In this document: positions 35,101 through 43,080 of the stretch, in pieces
How the letters are laid out: the number at the start of each line of letters is the position of its first letter
Numbering within the stretch: the first letter of the stretch is position 1
DNA from: Gemmatimonadales bacterium
GTDB taxonomy: Bacteria; Gemmatimonadota; Gemmatimonadetes; Gemmatimonadales; GWC2-71-9
Direction of reading: 5' to 3'
Length of the DNA stretch: 64,000 bases
Assembly: GCA_037189525.1 (NCBI GenBank)
Contig: JBBCJC010000001.1
Location: 224,001-288,000, forward strand
The notes under the pieces: generated by a model
What the model saw: only the letters and a program-made list of their open reading frames with translations
Databases searched by the model: none
Told to the model about the DNA's origin: nothing
Translations under genes and position numbers: made by a program

Positions 35101-36089
35101 TGCGCGGTCGCGGTAAACAGCTGGGTCGTTCCCGGAGTGATCTGCGCGGTCGTCGGCCGCAGCCGAACCGAGGCCACCAGCTCCGGCCGAATCCAAATCA
35201 GGGCGCGGGCCACCATCGCGCCGTTCCGTTCCCGCACCGACACTTCGTACTGCCCCGGCGTATCGCCGGCCGTGAAGATGCCCATCCCGTCGACCACACC
35301 GCCCGTGGCGCTGAAGTCGACTTCCGGCACCTGGGTCCGGCCGTCCGTCCATTCCGCCGAGACCGAGAAGGGCCGCGTCTCGCCGACATGCATCGTATCG
35401 ACACCCGGCGTAATCGACAGCGTCCGCAGTCCGAGCGGAGTGCGAATCAGCACCCGCGCGGTATCGGCGACACCGGTACCGGTCGCGGCAATCACGACAG
35501 CCTCACCATCCTGCGCCGGCGCCGTGTACACACCCGACAGGTCGACACTACCCGAAGAAGCGGTCCAGACGATCGGCACATCCGTCACTGCGCCGTTGGC
35601 CGTCCGGGCCTGCGACGCGAACGTGAAGGACTCGCCCGGGACCAGAGTGACCGAGGGCGGCGAAATCGTCATCTGGCTGACCGCATCCTCCGGACTCAAG
35701 ACCGACACGACGACCGAGTCGACCATCTTGCCGTCGTCTCCAGCCTGCGCAACGATCCAGTATTGTCCGGGGAGATCTGATTGGAAGGTGCCTTCGTCCG
35801 AGATGGTTCCGCCTGAGGCTCGCCAAGAGACCAGAACCGCAGCGCTGTCACCCGTGGCGGTTTTGCCGTAGGCCTGAAAGGTCACCGCCTCGAGCTGCTT
35901 GACAGAACCGTTTCTCGGCCAGACCGCGAGATCGGTCACCTTGGTGGCATTGGGATCGAGAAAGTCTTTGTCCGAGCGCTCACACCCGACTGCCAACCCG
36001 GTCAGTACCCCGCACATCACCGTCCGGGACGCGACCTGACGGAACGTCGTAAACCAATGTCCGGCAAGGCGATACGACAATCGATGCAT
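32178..36089 (-). CDS. Paralogous large surface lipoprotein with 12 Ig-like repeats and the same C-terminal domain
   Basis: Lipobox-like LAVG-C. Same repeat consensus. C-terminal domain nearly collinear with gene 1. Start uncertain (36089 or 36101). Confidence 0.85.
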   Translation of the reverse strand: MHRLSYRLAGHWFTTFRQVASRTVMCGVLTGLAVGCERSDKDFLDPNATKVTDLAVWPRNGSVKQLEAVTFQAYGKTATGDSAAVLVSWRASGGTISDEGTFQSDLPGQYWIVAQAGDDGKMVDSVVVSVLSPEDAVSQMTISPPSVTLVPGESFTFASQARTANGAVTDVPIVWTASSGSVDLSGVYTAPAQDGEAVVIAATGTGVADTARVLIRTPLGLRTLSITPGVDTMHVGETRPFSVSAEWTDGRTQVPEVDFSATGGVVDGMGIFTAGDTPGQYEVSVRERNGAMVARALIWIRPELVASVRLRPTTAQITPGTTQLFTATAHASNGLALPVEVTWSATGGSIVEGRYVAGRTSGTYRVIAQAGNAADTSIVVVGVPKATLQTLAVEPATVTLPAGGKQQFSPRGAWSDGGSIVPAVQWTATGGTISSTGEYVAGPVPGSYRVIARQVGGALADTVRVTVAAPVLAALEVSPAGTSVERGRTVQFSVRGEWTDGSSSAPGVSWSATGGTITTGGLYTAGQSSGTYRVIARHSTGLADTSLVTVTSTTPVLAGLTVSPKTVSLLTGATQTFQVAAAWTNGGSGTPSITWTASGGRISNRGRFTAGTEAGTYRIIARQAGGTVADTALVTITPPAPQLTAITLSPSTATVQAGGTRQFTVAATWTNGGSGVPQITWSATGGTIESNGLFRAGTAAGTYRVVARQRDGGLADTAAVTVTSAAPTLTGIVVTPNNATLASGGVQQYTVAGTWTNGGSGAPAVNWTATGGTITTSGRYTAGSSAGTYRIIARQQGGSFADTVSVTVSAAPATLTALRISPRNITLQTGLTQQFAVAATWSNGGTTVPGVSWSATGGTITNQGAYTAPTTPGTYRVIARQTAGSVADTTQVTVSAPTVSRIVMTPASATLAQGATQQFQTSATWSDGASRAVAVTYTATGGTISVNGLYTAGRSAGTFLVIAACSCGRADTSSVTISGPQSTPTLASVAINPTSITVQAGGTQQLSVVGRLTDGSVSNPLITWTATGGSINSSGLYTAGSTAGTYRVIASVAGGAIADTIPVTISAAAAPPPPSSGTGRYPNEPSGARLITDYGFPAGPLRAGGWAEEWNPSSEGPRLAMASDATAPVSGPSVLEWTFPVGARAGGAPMLEYTFSGTNRVYWSFWFKLGATFPTKSMLHKLAYIEPNNLILVASKWSGDPSTGEFYLRIFSGGQYPLANGTPTPLARDRWHQVEMIVDRSGGNGSHVLRWWVNGTLQGTYSNQSYSAGSFARAKFTPQESGSGGSNPTAYTVRFDHTRLSTW

Positions 36090-36457
36090 ACTGCAGTCCA
36101 TCCATTTTCTCGAAGAAGGCGTCAGCCGATCGAGGCGATTGTGCGGGGGCAAGATGCAGGCCTTTGCGTAATCGTCACGAAAACGCACATAAGACGACGG
36201 TACGCGCCAGGCCTTGCACAACCTCAATAATCACTAGGGGGTGGGCTCATTTTCAAGCCGCCTTTTTTTGCGCCTAGTGTCAACGAAATCAACATCTCGG
36301 CAGCAACATCGGTCAGCCCTCCTTGTTGCATTCCGTCCACATAATCGTGACTGAAAATCGTGCCAATTGGGAATATGACAAGGCGCCGGGGGGCGACCCG
36401 GTATGAGCTTTTCCTGCCTGTAATCCGAAAAGGGAAGCGGTGGGACCGAGGAAGGGG

Positions 36458-37933
36458 CTAGCGGACCCTCATGGAACGGTCGGAGAGGGCATCCAGGGCG
36501 TCGAACACCCGTTCGCCCTCCTCAGCCCGGCTTGCCCGCGTTTGAGGGGCAATGGGGGCGGGACGGCGACCCGCCCGGAACTCCTGATAGCAGCGGAAGA
36601 GGATTTCGGCAGTCCGGGAAACGTCCTCGGCCGGAAGCACGAACGCCGAGGTGCCCGCCAGGAGCTCGGCGGTCGCGCTGGTGGACGAGGTCTGGGCCAG
36701 CACCCACGACGGCTGTCTGATATACTCGAAGACCTTGGACGGGACCGAGAGCGGGGTATCCTGTGGCAGGCTGACCAGGACGGCAGCCTCGGCGTACTCC
36801 TCCAGGACCGCGGCGCGCGAGGCCGGCGGACGCACCACCACATACTCGCCCACCTGCTCCTGGGCGGCCAGGGTCGACAGCGGGCTCCCTCCATAGCTCT
36901 CGACGTTGCCAAGGAAACGGACCTGGAAATCGTCCGGGGTCGCCCCAACCCGACGCACCACCTCGGCCACCGCGCGGAAGAGCGGGCGCGGATCCCGATC
37001 GATGTGCACCGTCCCGGCATACATCACCCGGAACTGGTGTGGCCACGGCTTCGACGGGAGCGGCTCCTCGTCCCACCCGTTCATGGCCGACATCACATCC
37101 TTCGTGGTCCACCGCTCTCGCATGGCACGCGCCGCACTGGGCGTATTCATGATGACGAGATCGGCCCGGTCCACACAGCGCGCCTCGGCGCGTTCAGCCA
37201 GCATCAGCCACAGCGGACTGGCCACGTGCTCCTGAAGATACGTCTGCAGGCTCCAGGGGTCGCGCATATCCATGACGAACGGTACTTCGAGCGCACTGGC
37301 CAGCCGCCGGCCGGCCTCGTGCACGAGATGCGGCGGCCCCGAACTCAAGACGATGTCCGGCGGGGTGGCCGGAAACGCCTCGAGGCCCACGGACACCGCG
37401 GCCTTACTCCAGCCCATTTCCTTGGCATATCGCTGCCAGACGTGATGGGCCCGGACCAGGCCACGCCAATCACTCAACCAGTTGAGCTCATCGCGGCTGA
37501 TCACGACCGGACGGGCCGGATCGGTACCGGCACGAGCCACACCCGAACTGACCGGGCCCTCGCGCGCGGCGGCCCTCGACCGCTTGAGCATGAGCCAGAC
37601 CCGCTCGGCAAAGCGCTCGAATTGCTGCTCCCACGTCGAGGGCTGATCCACCCAGTGGAGCCTGGTGGTCGGCGGCAATTCCTCGACCCGGCTCCAGTCG
37701 CAACTGGAGAGCCGCTCCGCCTTGAGTGTCAGGACGTCGATATCCCAGCCACGTCGATGCCCGATCGCCGCCAGCCGCTGCCAGCGCAGACCACCCACCG
37801 CCTCGCTCGGCGGAAAGTGATAGCCGACCAGCAGCAGGCGCCGGCGACGTGAGGAGACACCCGCCCCCGCACCGGCCTGGAGATCCGGCGCTACCGTTGT
37901 GCCCTGGCCCACGTCACCCTCATGACCTGACAT
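36458..37933 (-). CDS. GT4-like glycosyltransferase
   Basis: Motifs YHFPPSEAVGGLRW, SSGPPH, DMRDPW, NGWD, YAGT, VPSKVFEY. Start uncertain. Confidence 0.82.
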   Translation of the reverse strand: MSGHEGDVGQGTTVAPDLQAGAGAGVSSRRRRLLLVGYHFPPSEAVGGLRWQRLAAIGHRRGWDIDVLTLKAERLSSCDWSRVEELPPTTRLHWVDQPSTWEQQFERFAERVWLMLKRSRAAAREGPVSSGVARAGTDPARPVVISRDELNWLSDWRGLVRAHHVWQRYAKEMGWSKAAVSVGLEAFPATPPDIVLSSGPPHLVHEAGRRLASALEVPFVMDMRDPWSLQTYLQEHVASPLWLMLAERAEARCVDRADLVIMNTPSAARAMRERWTTKDVMSAMNGWDEEPLPSKPWPHQFRVMYAGTVHIDRDPRPLFRAVAEVVRRVGATPDDFQVRFLGNVESYGGSPLSTLAAQEQVGEYVVVRPPASRAAVLEEYAEAAVLVSLPQDTPLSVPSKVFEYIRQPSWVLAQTSSTSATAELLAGTSAFVLPAEDVSRTAEILFRCYQEFRAGRRPAPIAPQTRASRAEEGERVFDALDALSDRSMRVR

Positions 37934-39131
37934 GCGATCCGGGTTCCCGTCCATCGTCCAGGTTGGTCAATAGCGCCACGACACCCTCGACATCGCCGAG
38001 CGTGACCCAGCGATGGGAAGGAAAGGTGAACAGATCGGCTTTCAATTGCTGCGCACCAGGATACTCCTCGAGAACACCGGCAATCCGCCCCTCGAGCGCC
38101 GGCACATCCGGCAGGACCCGAGGATATCCGCTCATGATACCGGCCAGGCGTCCCGCCCTGGAACGCACTGCCCGGCTCCGGTCTTCCGAGAGGACGACAG
38201 GATAACGAAGCCAGCCGGGCTCCGCTGCTCCCGCAAGCCGAATGATACCGGCCCCTCGAATAGGAGCAAGGCGCTCACTCCACCATCCTGCCACCCGACG
38301 ACGATCGGCGACGGCCGCCCGGTTTGCCTCCGTTCCAGCCAGCACCAAACCGGCAGCCGTCCGGCCCATTCCGCGCACCGCGCGAGGCGCGTGATATCGT
38401 GTTTCACCGAGCCCAAGGCCAGGGATCGCCTGCGGAATGCCGTAGAGCGCAGGCCGGCCGAGAATCCATTGCGCCGCGACCTTCGCGACGCCGACCGCCT
38501 CCGAGCCCATCCCGATCGGCGCGAGGCCATCCTTGAGTGTAGCAGCAATTTCTACGCCTTTGGGAGACGTGGCCAGCAGCGCGCCGCCGTGACCGCCGAC
38601 CCTGCCCTTCCCCCGGCCAAAGCTCAACACGCCCAGGTCGCCGAGCGACCCGACCGGCCGGTTGCCGATTCGGGCGCCAGCACCTTGGGCAGCATCGTCG
38701 ATGACAACGGCTCCCGCCGCACGCACCGCCGGATACCAGCGACGGACGTCGACCGGCACTCCGTAGAAATGCACGAAGACGACGGCATCGACCCCGGCTT
38801 CGAGCACCCGCTGCAGCGAGCCGGCCTCGGGCGCGAGTGTCGTCGGATCGAGATCGTAGAATCGCACCCGGGCGTCCGCACCTACCGCGGCCGTCACCAG
38901 ATCGAAGCAGCCATAGGCCGGCAGCGCGACCGTGGGACGGACTCCGACGGCTCGAAGGGCCAGCATCAAAGCCGCCGTGCCGCTGTCGCTCAGAACGACC
39001 CGGTCGGCCTCGTACTCCTCGGCCAGCACCCTGCTCAACAGCCGGCGCGGGTCCGTACCAAGCGCGCGCGCCAGTCCCCCCGCCAGGATTCCGGCGGACA
39101 CGGGAGACCAGACCGGCAGCTGGGCACGCAC
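37920..39131 (-). CDS. DegT/DnrJ/EryC1/StrS-family PLP sugar aminotransferase-like protein
   Basis: Motifs SGTAAL, VHFYG, IDDAAQ, SFGRGK (PLP lysine), FPSH. Confidence 0.82.
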   Translation of the reverse strand: MRAQLPVWSPVSAGILAGGLARALGTDPRRLLSRVLAEEYEADRVVLSDSGTAALMLALRAVGVRPTVALPAYGCFDLVTAAVGADARVRFYDLDPTTLAPEAGSLQRVLEAGVDAVVFVHFYGVPVDVRRWYPAVRAAGAVVIDDAAQGAGARIGNRPVGSLGDLGVLSFGRGKGRVGGHGGALLATSPKGVEIAATLKDGLAPIGMGSEAVGVAKVAAQWILGRPALYGIPQAIPGLGLGETRYHAPRAVRGMGRTAAGLVLAGTEANRAAVADRRRVAGWWSERLAPIRGAGIIRLAGAAEPGWLRYPVVLSEDRSRAVRSRAGRLAGIMSGYPRVLPDVPALEGRIAGVLEEYPGAQQLKADLFTFPSHRWVTLGDVEGVVALLTNLDDGREPGSHVRS

Positions 39132-39135
39132 GCGG

Positions 39136-40194
39136 TTATGGAATCAGCCTGGAAAGGATCGGCCCGGCCGCATTGGCAACCGGACTCGGGAGGCGGGACC
39201 AGATCCGGGGCGCCCAGGAGTAGGGCCCGGCGTCCGGCGAGGGCGTACTGGCCTCGCCCGAGGCCGACGCCTGGTACCAATAGAGGGGCTCGTCGACGGC
39301 GGTCCACTGACTCTTGTAGCGATGGGTGCCACTACCGGGAGTACAGCGCCCGAAATTGAAGACACGAATGCCGCTGGCCATGGCTCGGCGCATGAAGGCC
39401 CAGTAGAGTCCCATGTTGGCGGAGATTCGGTTGTAGGCCGAAAGACTGGAGGCCCAGGTCATCTCGAACTCCTGGTGCCACCGGAAACCGACCCCGCACG
39501 CAATCGGTTCGCTACCCAGATAGGCCACGCCGATCCAGACATCATCACCGAACGCTCCGGGCAGCGCCTCGAACAGCGCGCGCGGCAATACCGGCGTACC
39601 AAGCGCGTGCATGTGCGCCCGGAAGACCCGGTAGAACGGTTCGACCTGATCGGGGCCGAACCGAACCTCGACGCCTTCTTTGTCGGGCCGCCGCACCTGG
39701 CTGCGCAGCTTGGCCGGGAAACGCTTCATCAGCGCCTCATCGGAGTCCGACAACTCGAGGCACACGGTGATCTTCCGATGCGATACGGGCAAATCGATCG
39801 GGAGCGGCGTCCGGCTCCGTAATTCGAGCAGCTTGACCTGGTCGGCCCGGGCCCGCTCAGCCGCGGCGCGCGCGAGCGCAGCAACCGCCTCGTCGGTGCC
39901 CAGCGGACCGCCGTAATTGAGGAACGGCATCGAGACGAGATAGTGACCGAACAAGGGACTCTTGACCCGGACGAGCGGCAGAATCCCCTCCAGCACGCCG
40001 TCGGGCCGGTATGCCCCCCAGTAGAGACACTCATGACCGAGCGCCTGTTCGAGCACGGCTTTCCAGGCCCAGCGGTGCATCGCGGTCCACCCCGGATGGG
40101 CCATGCCGAGCGTATCCCATTCCGACGGTGTCCCGGAGAAGGGACGCACCGAGAGCGCGCCCGACTCCACCACCGAAACCCCGTGCTCAGACAT
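39136..40194 (-). CDS. FemAB-family protein (XrtA/PEP-CTERM-system-associated type)
   Basis: Motifs LFGHYLVSMPFLNYGGPL, LRSQVRR, LGTPV, NMGLYW, FNFGR, YKSQW. Start at ATG 40194. Confidence 0.88.
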   Translation of the reverse strand: MSEHGVSVVESGALSVRPFSGTPSEWDTLGMAHPGWTAMHRWAWKAVLEQALGHECLYWGAYRPDGVLEGILPLVRVKSPLFGHYLVSMPFLNYGGPLGTDEAVAALARAAAERARADQVKLLELRSRTPLPIDLPVSHRKITVCLELSDSDEALMKRFPAKLRSQVRRPDKEGVEVRFGPDQVEPFYRVFRAHMHALGTPVLPRALFEALPGAFGDDVWIGVAYLGSEPIACGVGFRWHQEFEMTWASSLSAYNRISANMGLYWAFMRRAMASGIRVFNFGRCTPGSGTHRYKSQWTAVDEPLYWYQASASGEASTPSPDAGPYSWAPRIWSRLPSPVANAAGPILSRLIP

Positions 40195-41074
40195 GACGAT
40201 CTCCGATTCGCTCGACGGGCAACTCCGCCAGCTCCGCACCTGCATCCCGCCAGGCCCTTACGGAGACGAAGCGGAAGCGACCGAGCAAGTCCTGGATGCG
40301 CGGCGCCGTTCGGGCCAGACCGCGATAGTGACGAATGCGCGTTAGGGCTCCAACGGGGAGCCGCGGTTGCTCCGGATCCACCTCCCAGGGGTGGATATAG
40401 AACATGCCCGGGCGCCGCTGCTGCTCCGCCTGCCGGAATGCCCCCCGGATTACCGCCAGCGGGAACTGGCGCAGATAGCCCCCGCCCGCCGCCGGGATCC
40501 GCAGCCCGCCTAACGTCAGCGTCGCCAGCGGAAGCTCCAGCAACCGGCCCGCGGGGCGCTCGATCCAGTACGGACCTAGCGGAGCGCCGGGATACCCGTA
40601 CCCCGGGCGCTGGATCGGAAAGACACTCGAGTCGTAGCGATAGCCCTCTTCGAGGAGGATATCGAAGGCCCATTCGATCCCGGGCACGATCGAGAAGCTC
40701 GGGGCACGGAATCCTTCGACCGGGGTGCCGGAGATGTCTTCCAGCAGTGCCTTGGAGTCGTGGAGTTCCCGCCGGAATGCGTCGGGCGTGAGCGTCAGGA
40801 CCCGCTGATGCCACCAGCTGTGCGAACCGATCTCATGCCCGCCGGCCACGATGCGGCGCACCAGATCGGGATGCCGCTCCGCCACCCAGCCCAGCACGAA
40901 GAAGGTGCCCGTGGCGCCACACGATGCCAGCAGATCGAGCAAACGAGCGGTATTGGCCACGACCCGACTCGGATGCGCAGACCACCCCTCTCTCGGCGCA
41001 ACCTGCTCGAACGCCGAGACCTGGAAGTGCTCTTCCACGTCGACCGAGAAATGGTGCACGGGACGGTCAGCCAC
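40187..41074 (-). CDS. Polysaccharide deacetylase, XrtA-system type (DUF3473)
   Basis: Motifs FSVDVEEHFQV, TFFVLGWVAE, HEIGSHSWWH, GFRAPSFS, YDSS, GGGYLR, FYIHPWEVDPEQP. Confidence 0.92.
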   Translation of the reverse strand: MADRPVHHFSVDVEEHFQVSAFEQVAPREGWSAHPSRVVANTARLLDLLASCGATGTFFVLGWVAERHPDLVRRIVAGGHEIGSHSWWHQRVLTLTPDAFRRELHDSKALLEDISGTPVEGFRAPSFSIVPGIEWAFDILLEEGYRYDSSVFPIQRPGYGYPGAPLGPYWIERPAGRLLELPLATLTLGGLRIPAAGGGYLRQFPLAVIRGAFRQAEQQRRPGMFYIHPWEVDPEQPRLPVGALTRIRHYRGLARTAPRIQDLLGRFRFVSVRAWRDAGAELAELPVERIGDRHV

Positions 41075-42044
41075 GGCGCTCCGTCGCGACGACGATCATA
41101 CTGGGTGATGTGATGGCCCGGTGTCCGGTGAGGCGGTGCATCGCGAGCGCCAGGCGGAAGCAGCCCTGCCGGACCAGCGCGGTCGCCTGCCCGCCAAGCA
41201 TCGGAGAGGGTAACGCCGCAACCCGACCGAATCCGATCTCCCGAAACCGCCGAAACAGGTACCGGCGCCTGAACAGGAACAGGTGCTCCGGATTGAAGCC
41301 AAGAATCCAGGTCTGCTTCCGGCGGCGGAGGCCGTTAGGCGAACCGAGCAGCTTCTGGAAAAATCGAATACTGGCAAACCGGTCCGGAACGCGGAGCACG
41401 GCGGCGCCTCCGGCGCGCACCAACCGCGACAGCGTCTGCCACGCCCGTTTGAGATCCCGCTCGTAGTAGAGGATGTCGCTTGCCACGACCACGTCGAAAG
41501 TGCCGAGATGCGGACTCAGCTGACTCAGGAATCCGCCGGTCGTCGCAAAGCCGAAGCGACGCTCCGCCTCGGCCAGACTGGTGGGTGAGAGATCCTGAAC
41601 CGTGATATCGAGATCGTGACGGCGCGTGACCAGCTTGCCCATCAGGTCGCCACAGCCGCCACCGATATCGATGACCCGGCCGCCTTTCGGCACCAGCGAA
41701 TCGATCAGCCGCACGAGGTGATCGAAAATGGCGCCCCGCTGAATCTCGAAATACTTCCGATCCTTGTAGGTGAACTCGAAATGGTTGCGAATGACCTCCT
41801 CATCGAGGTGCGCATCCGCCCAGATCAGGTCACAGGGACATACCCGAAGTTTGACCAGCGTGCTGTAGTGAATGAACTGTCCCAGGACGCTCCCGGCCGG
41901 GGCGTCACAGTCGGGACAATGCGTCACGGCCGCGGCCTTGGTTTTCCGAAACCCGCGCCGCATGGCATAGTTCACCCACAGCCCCGGTTCATCAAAACCG
42001 ACGTTGTGCCGGAGGACCTCGAGGATCTCCCTGCCCATCGTCAC
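41067..42044 (-). CDS. Class I SAM-dependent methyltransferase with N-terminal Cys motif
   Basis: SAM motif VIDIGGGCG, FDVVV, PEHLFLF. N-terminal CPDC...CPC. Confidence 0.8.
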   Translation of the reverse strand: MTMGREILEVLRHNVGFDEPGLWVNYAMRRGFRKTKAAAVTHCPDCDAPAGSVLGQFIHYSTLVKLRVCPCDLIWADAHLDEEVIRNHFEFTYKDRKYFEIQRGAIFDHLVRLIDSLVPKGGRVIDIGGGCGDLMGKLVTRRHDLDITVQDLSPTSLAEAERRFGFATTGGFLSQLSPHLGTFDVVVASDILYYERDLKRAWQTLSRLVRAGGAAVLRVPDRFASIRFFQKLLGSPNGLRRRKQTWILGFNPEHLFLFRRRYLFRRFREIGFGRVAALPSPMLGGQATALVRQGCFRLALAMHRLTGHRAITSPSMIVVATERRG

Positions 42045-42093
42045 CTCCTTCGATCGTCGGGCAGCGCCCCACGACGGCGCCGCCCCTGGCAGG

Positions 42094-43077
42094 TCAGAAG
42101 AGGGTCACATCCCCGAGATCGCGCGGCTTGAGCACCCACCCGCCACCCAGCCGGGGTACCAGGACCCCGCGCGCAGTGACCTGGCGCCCGGGAACGAACG
42201 CAGGACGAGGGAAGTTGAGATTGGCATCGAGCAGCAGCACTACGCGCCCGCTGCCGTCGTCGATACCCACCGCGAAATCCGGTTGGACCGTGGCCGTGTC
42301 GACGATCGGAACCGAAATCACCTGCACCAGGTCCGCATCGAGCGAACCGTTGGACGCGGCCGCCGCCACCCCGGTCGACAGAATCCGCGGCAACGGCGCC
42401 GGACGCTGGCCGAAACGGGCAATGATAGCACTACTGAGCGTGACCTGTCCCTCGCGACTCGACACCACACCGAGCACGCTGACGCTGTCGCCGGGGCTGT
42501 TGCCCGCCAGGCCGCCACGCAGGGTCACGTCGGTGAGCCGAATGGCGCCGGAACTGTCGGACAGGTGCGAGGTGGTGTCGCGGAACGACTGGACACCCGC
42601 CAGGATCACACCACGCAGGAAAATGCGGCGGCCGGGCGCCGTCGCGCGCGCCTCGCGCACCGTCAGCCCCGGATAGGCAAGGCGGATCTCCACCTGCACA
42701 GAATCTTCCCCTCGGCTCAGCCTCGGCTGCTCGTTGTCGATCACCGCCACGAAGACCGAGTCGCCCAATCCGCCCGCCGCGACGGCGAGCATGTACTCGC
42801 CGAACGCCAGGTCGCCGAAGCGGGCCCGGCCCTGCGCATCGGACGTGACGGTACGGACCGTGTCGCCGCCGCGCGTGAGCAGCGCCACACGGGCGCCCGG
42901 ATAGGACGTGTCGAGCGTCGTGCGGGTCTGCGAACCGTCGGTATCGAGATAGAGGGATACCCTGAGCACGCCGGTGGCTTCATCGGGGAAGCCGCGATCG
43001 ACACCGGCATTATCACACCCGGCCGCCAGGGCCACACCGGCCACGGCCGCGAATCGGAACGAACGAGAGAGACGCAT
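42094..43077 (-). CDS. Lipoprotein with prealbumin/SdrD-like domain and OB-fold-like region
   Basis: Lipobox LAAG-C. YLDTDGS...SDAQGRARFGDLAFGEY. C-terminal beta-rich region ending LKPRDLGDV. Confidence 0.65.
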   Translation of the reverse strand: MRLSRSFRFAAVAGVALAAGCDNAGVDRGFPDEATGVLRVSLYLDTDGSQTRTTLDTSYPGARVALLTRGGDTVRTVTSDAQGRARFGDLAFGEYMLAVAAGGLGDSVFVAVIDNEQPRLSRGEDSVQVEIRLAYPGLTVREARATAPGRRIFLRGVILAGVQSFRDTTSHLSDSSGAIRLTDVTLRGGLAGNSPGDSVSVLGVVSSREGQVTLSSAIIARFGQRPAPLPRILSTGVAAAASNGSLDADLVQVISVPIVDTATVQPDFAVGIDDGSGRVVLLLDANLNFPRPAFVPGRQVTARGVLVPRLGGGWVLKPRDLGDVTLF

Positions 43078-43080
43078 CGG

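Noticed and set aside
27984..36089. Repeats as a CRISPR array or a diversity-generating retroelement template/variable pair
   Set aside because: The repeats are ~260-bp degenerate coding units without spacers. Both similar 3' regions are inside intact genes, differences look largely synonymous or conservative, and no reverse transcriptase or cas gene is present.
36351..36365. Second sigma-54 promoter for Ig gene 2 (TGGCACGATTTTCAG, minus strand)
   Set aside because: The -24 element is perfect but the essential -12 GC is missing.
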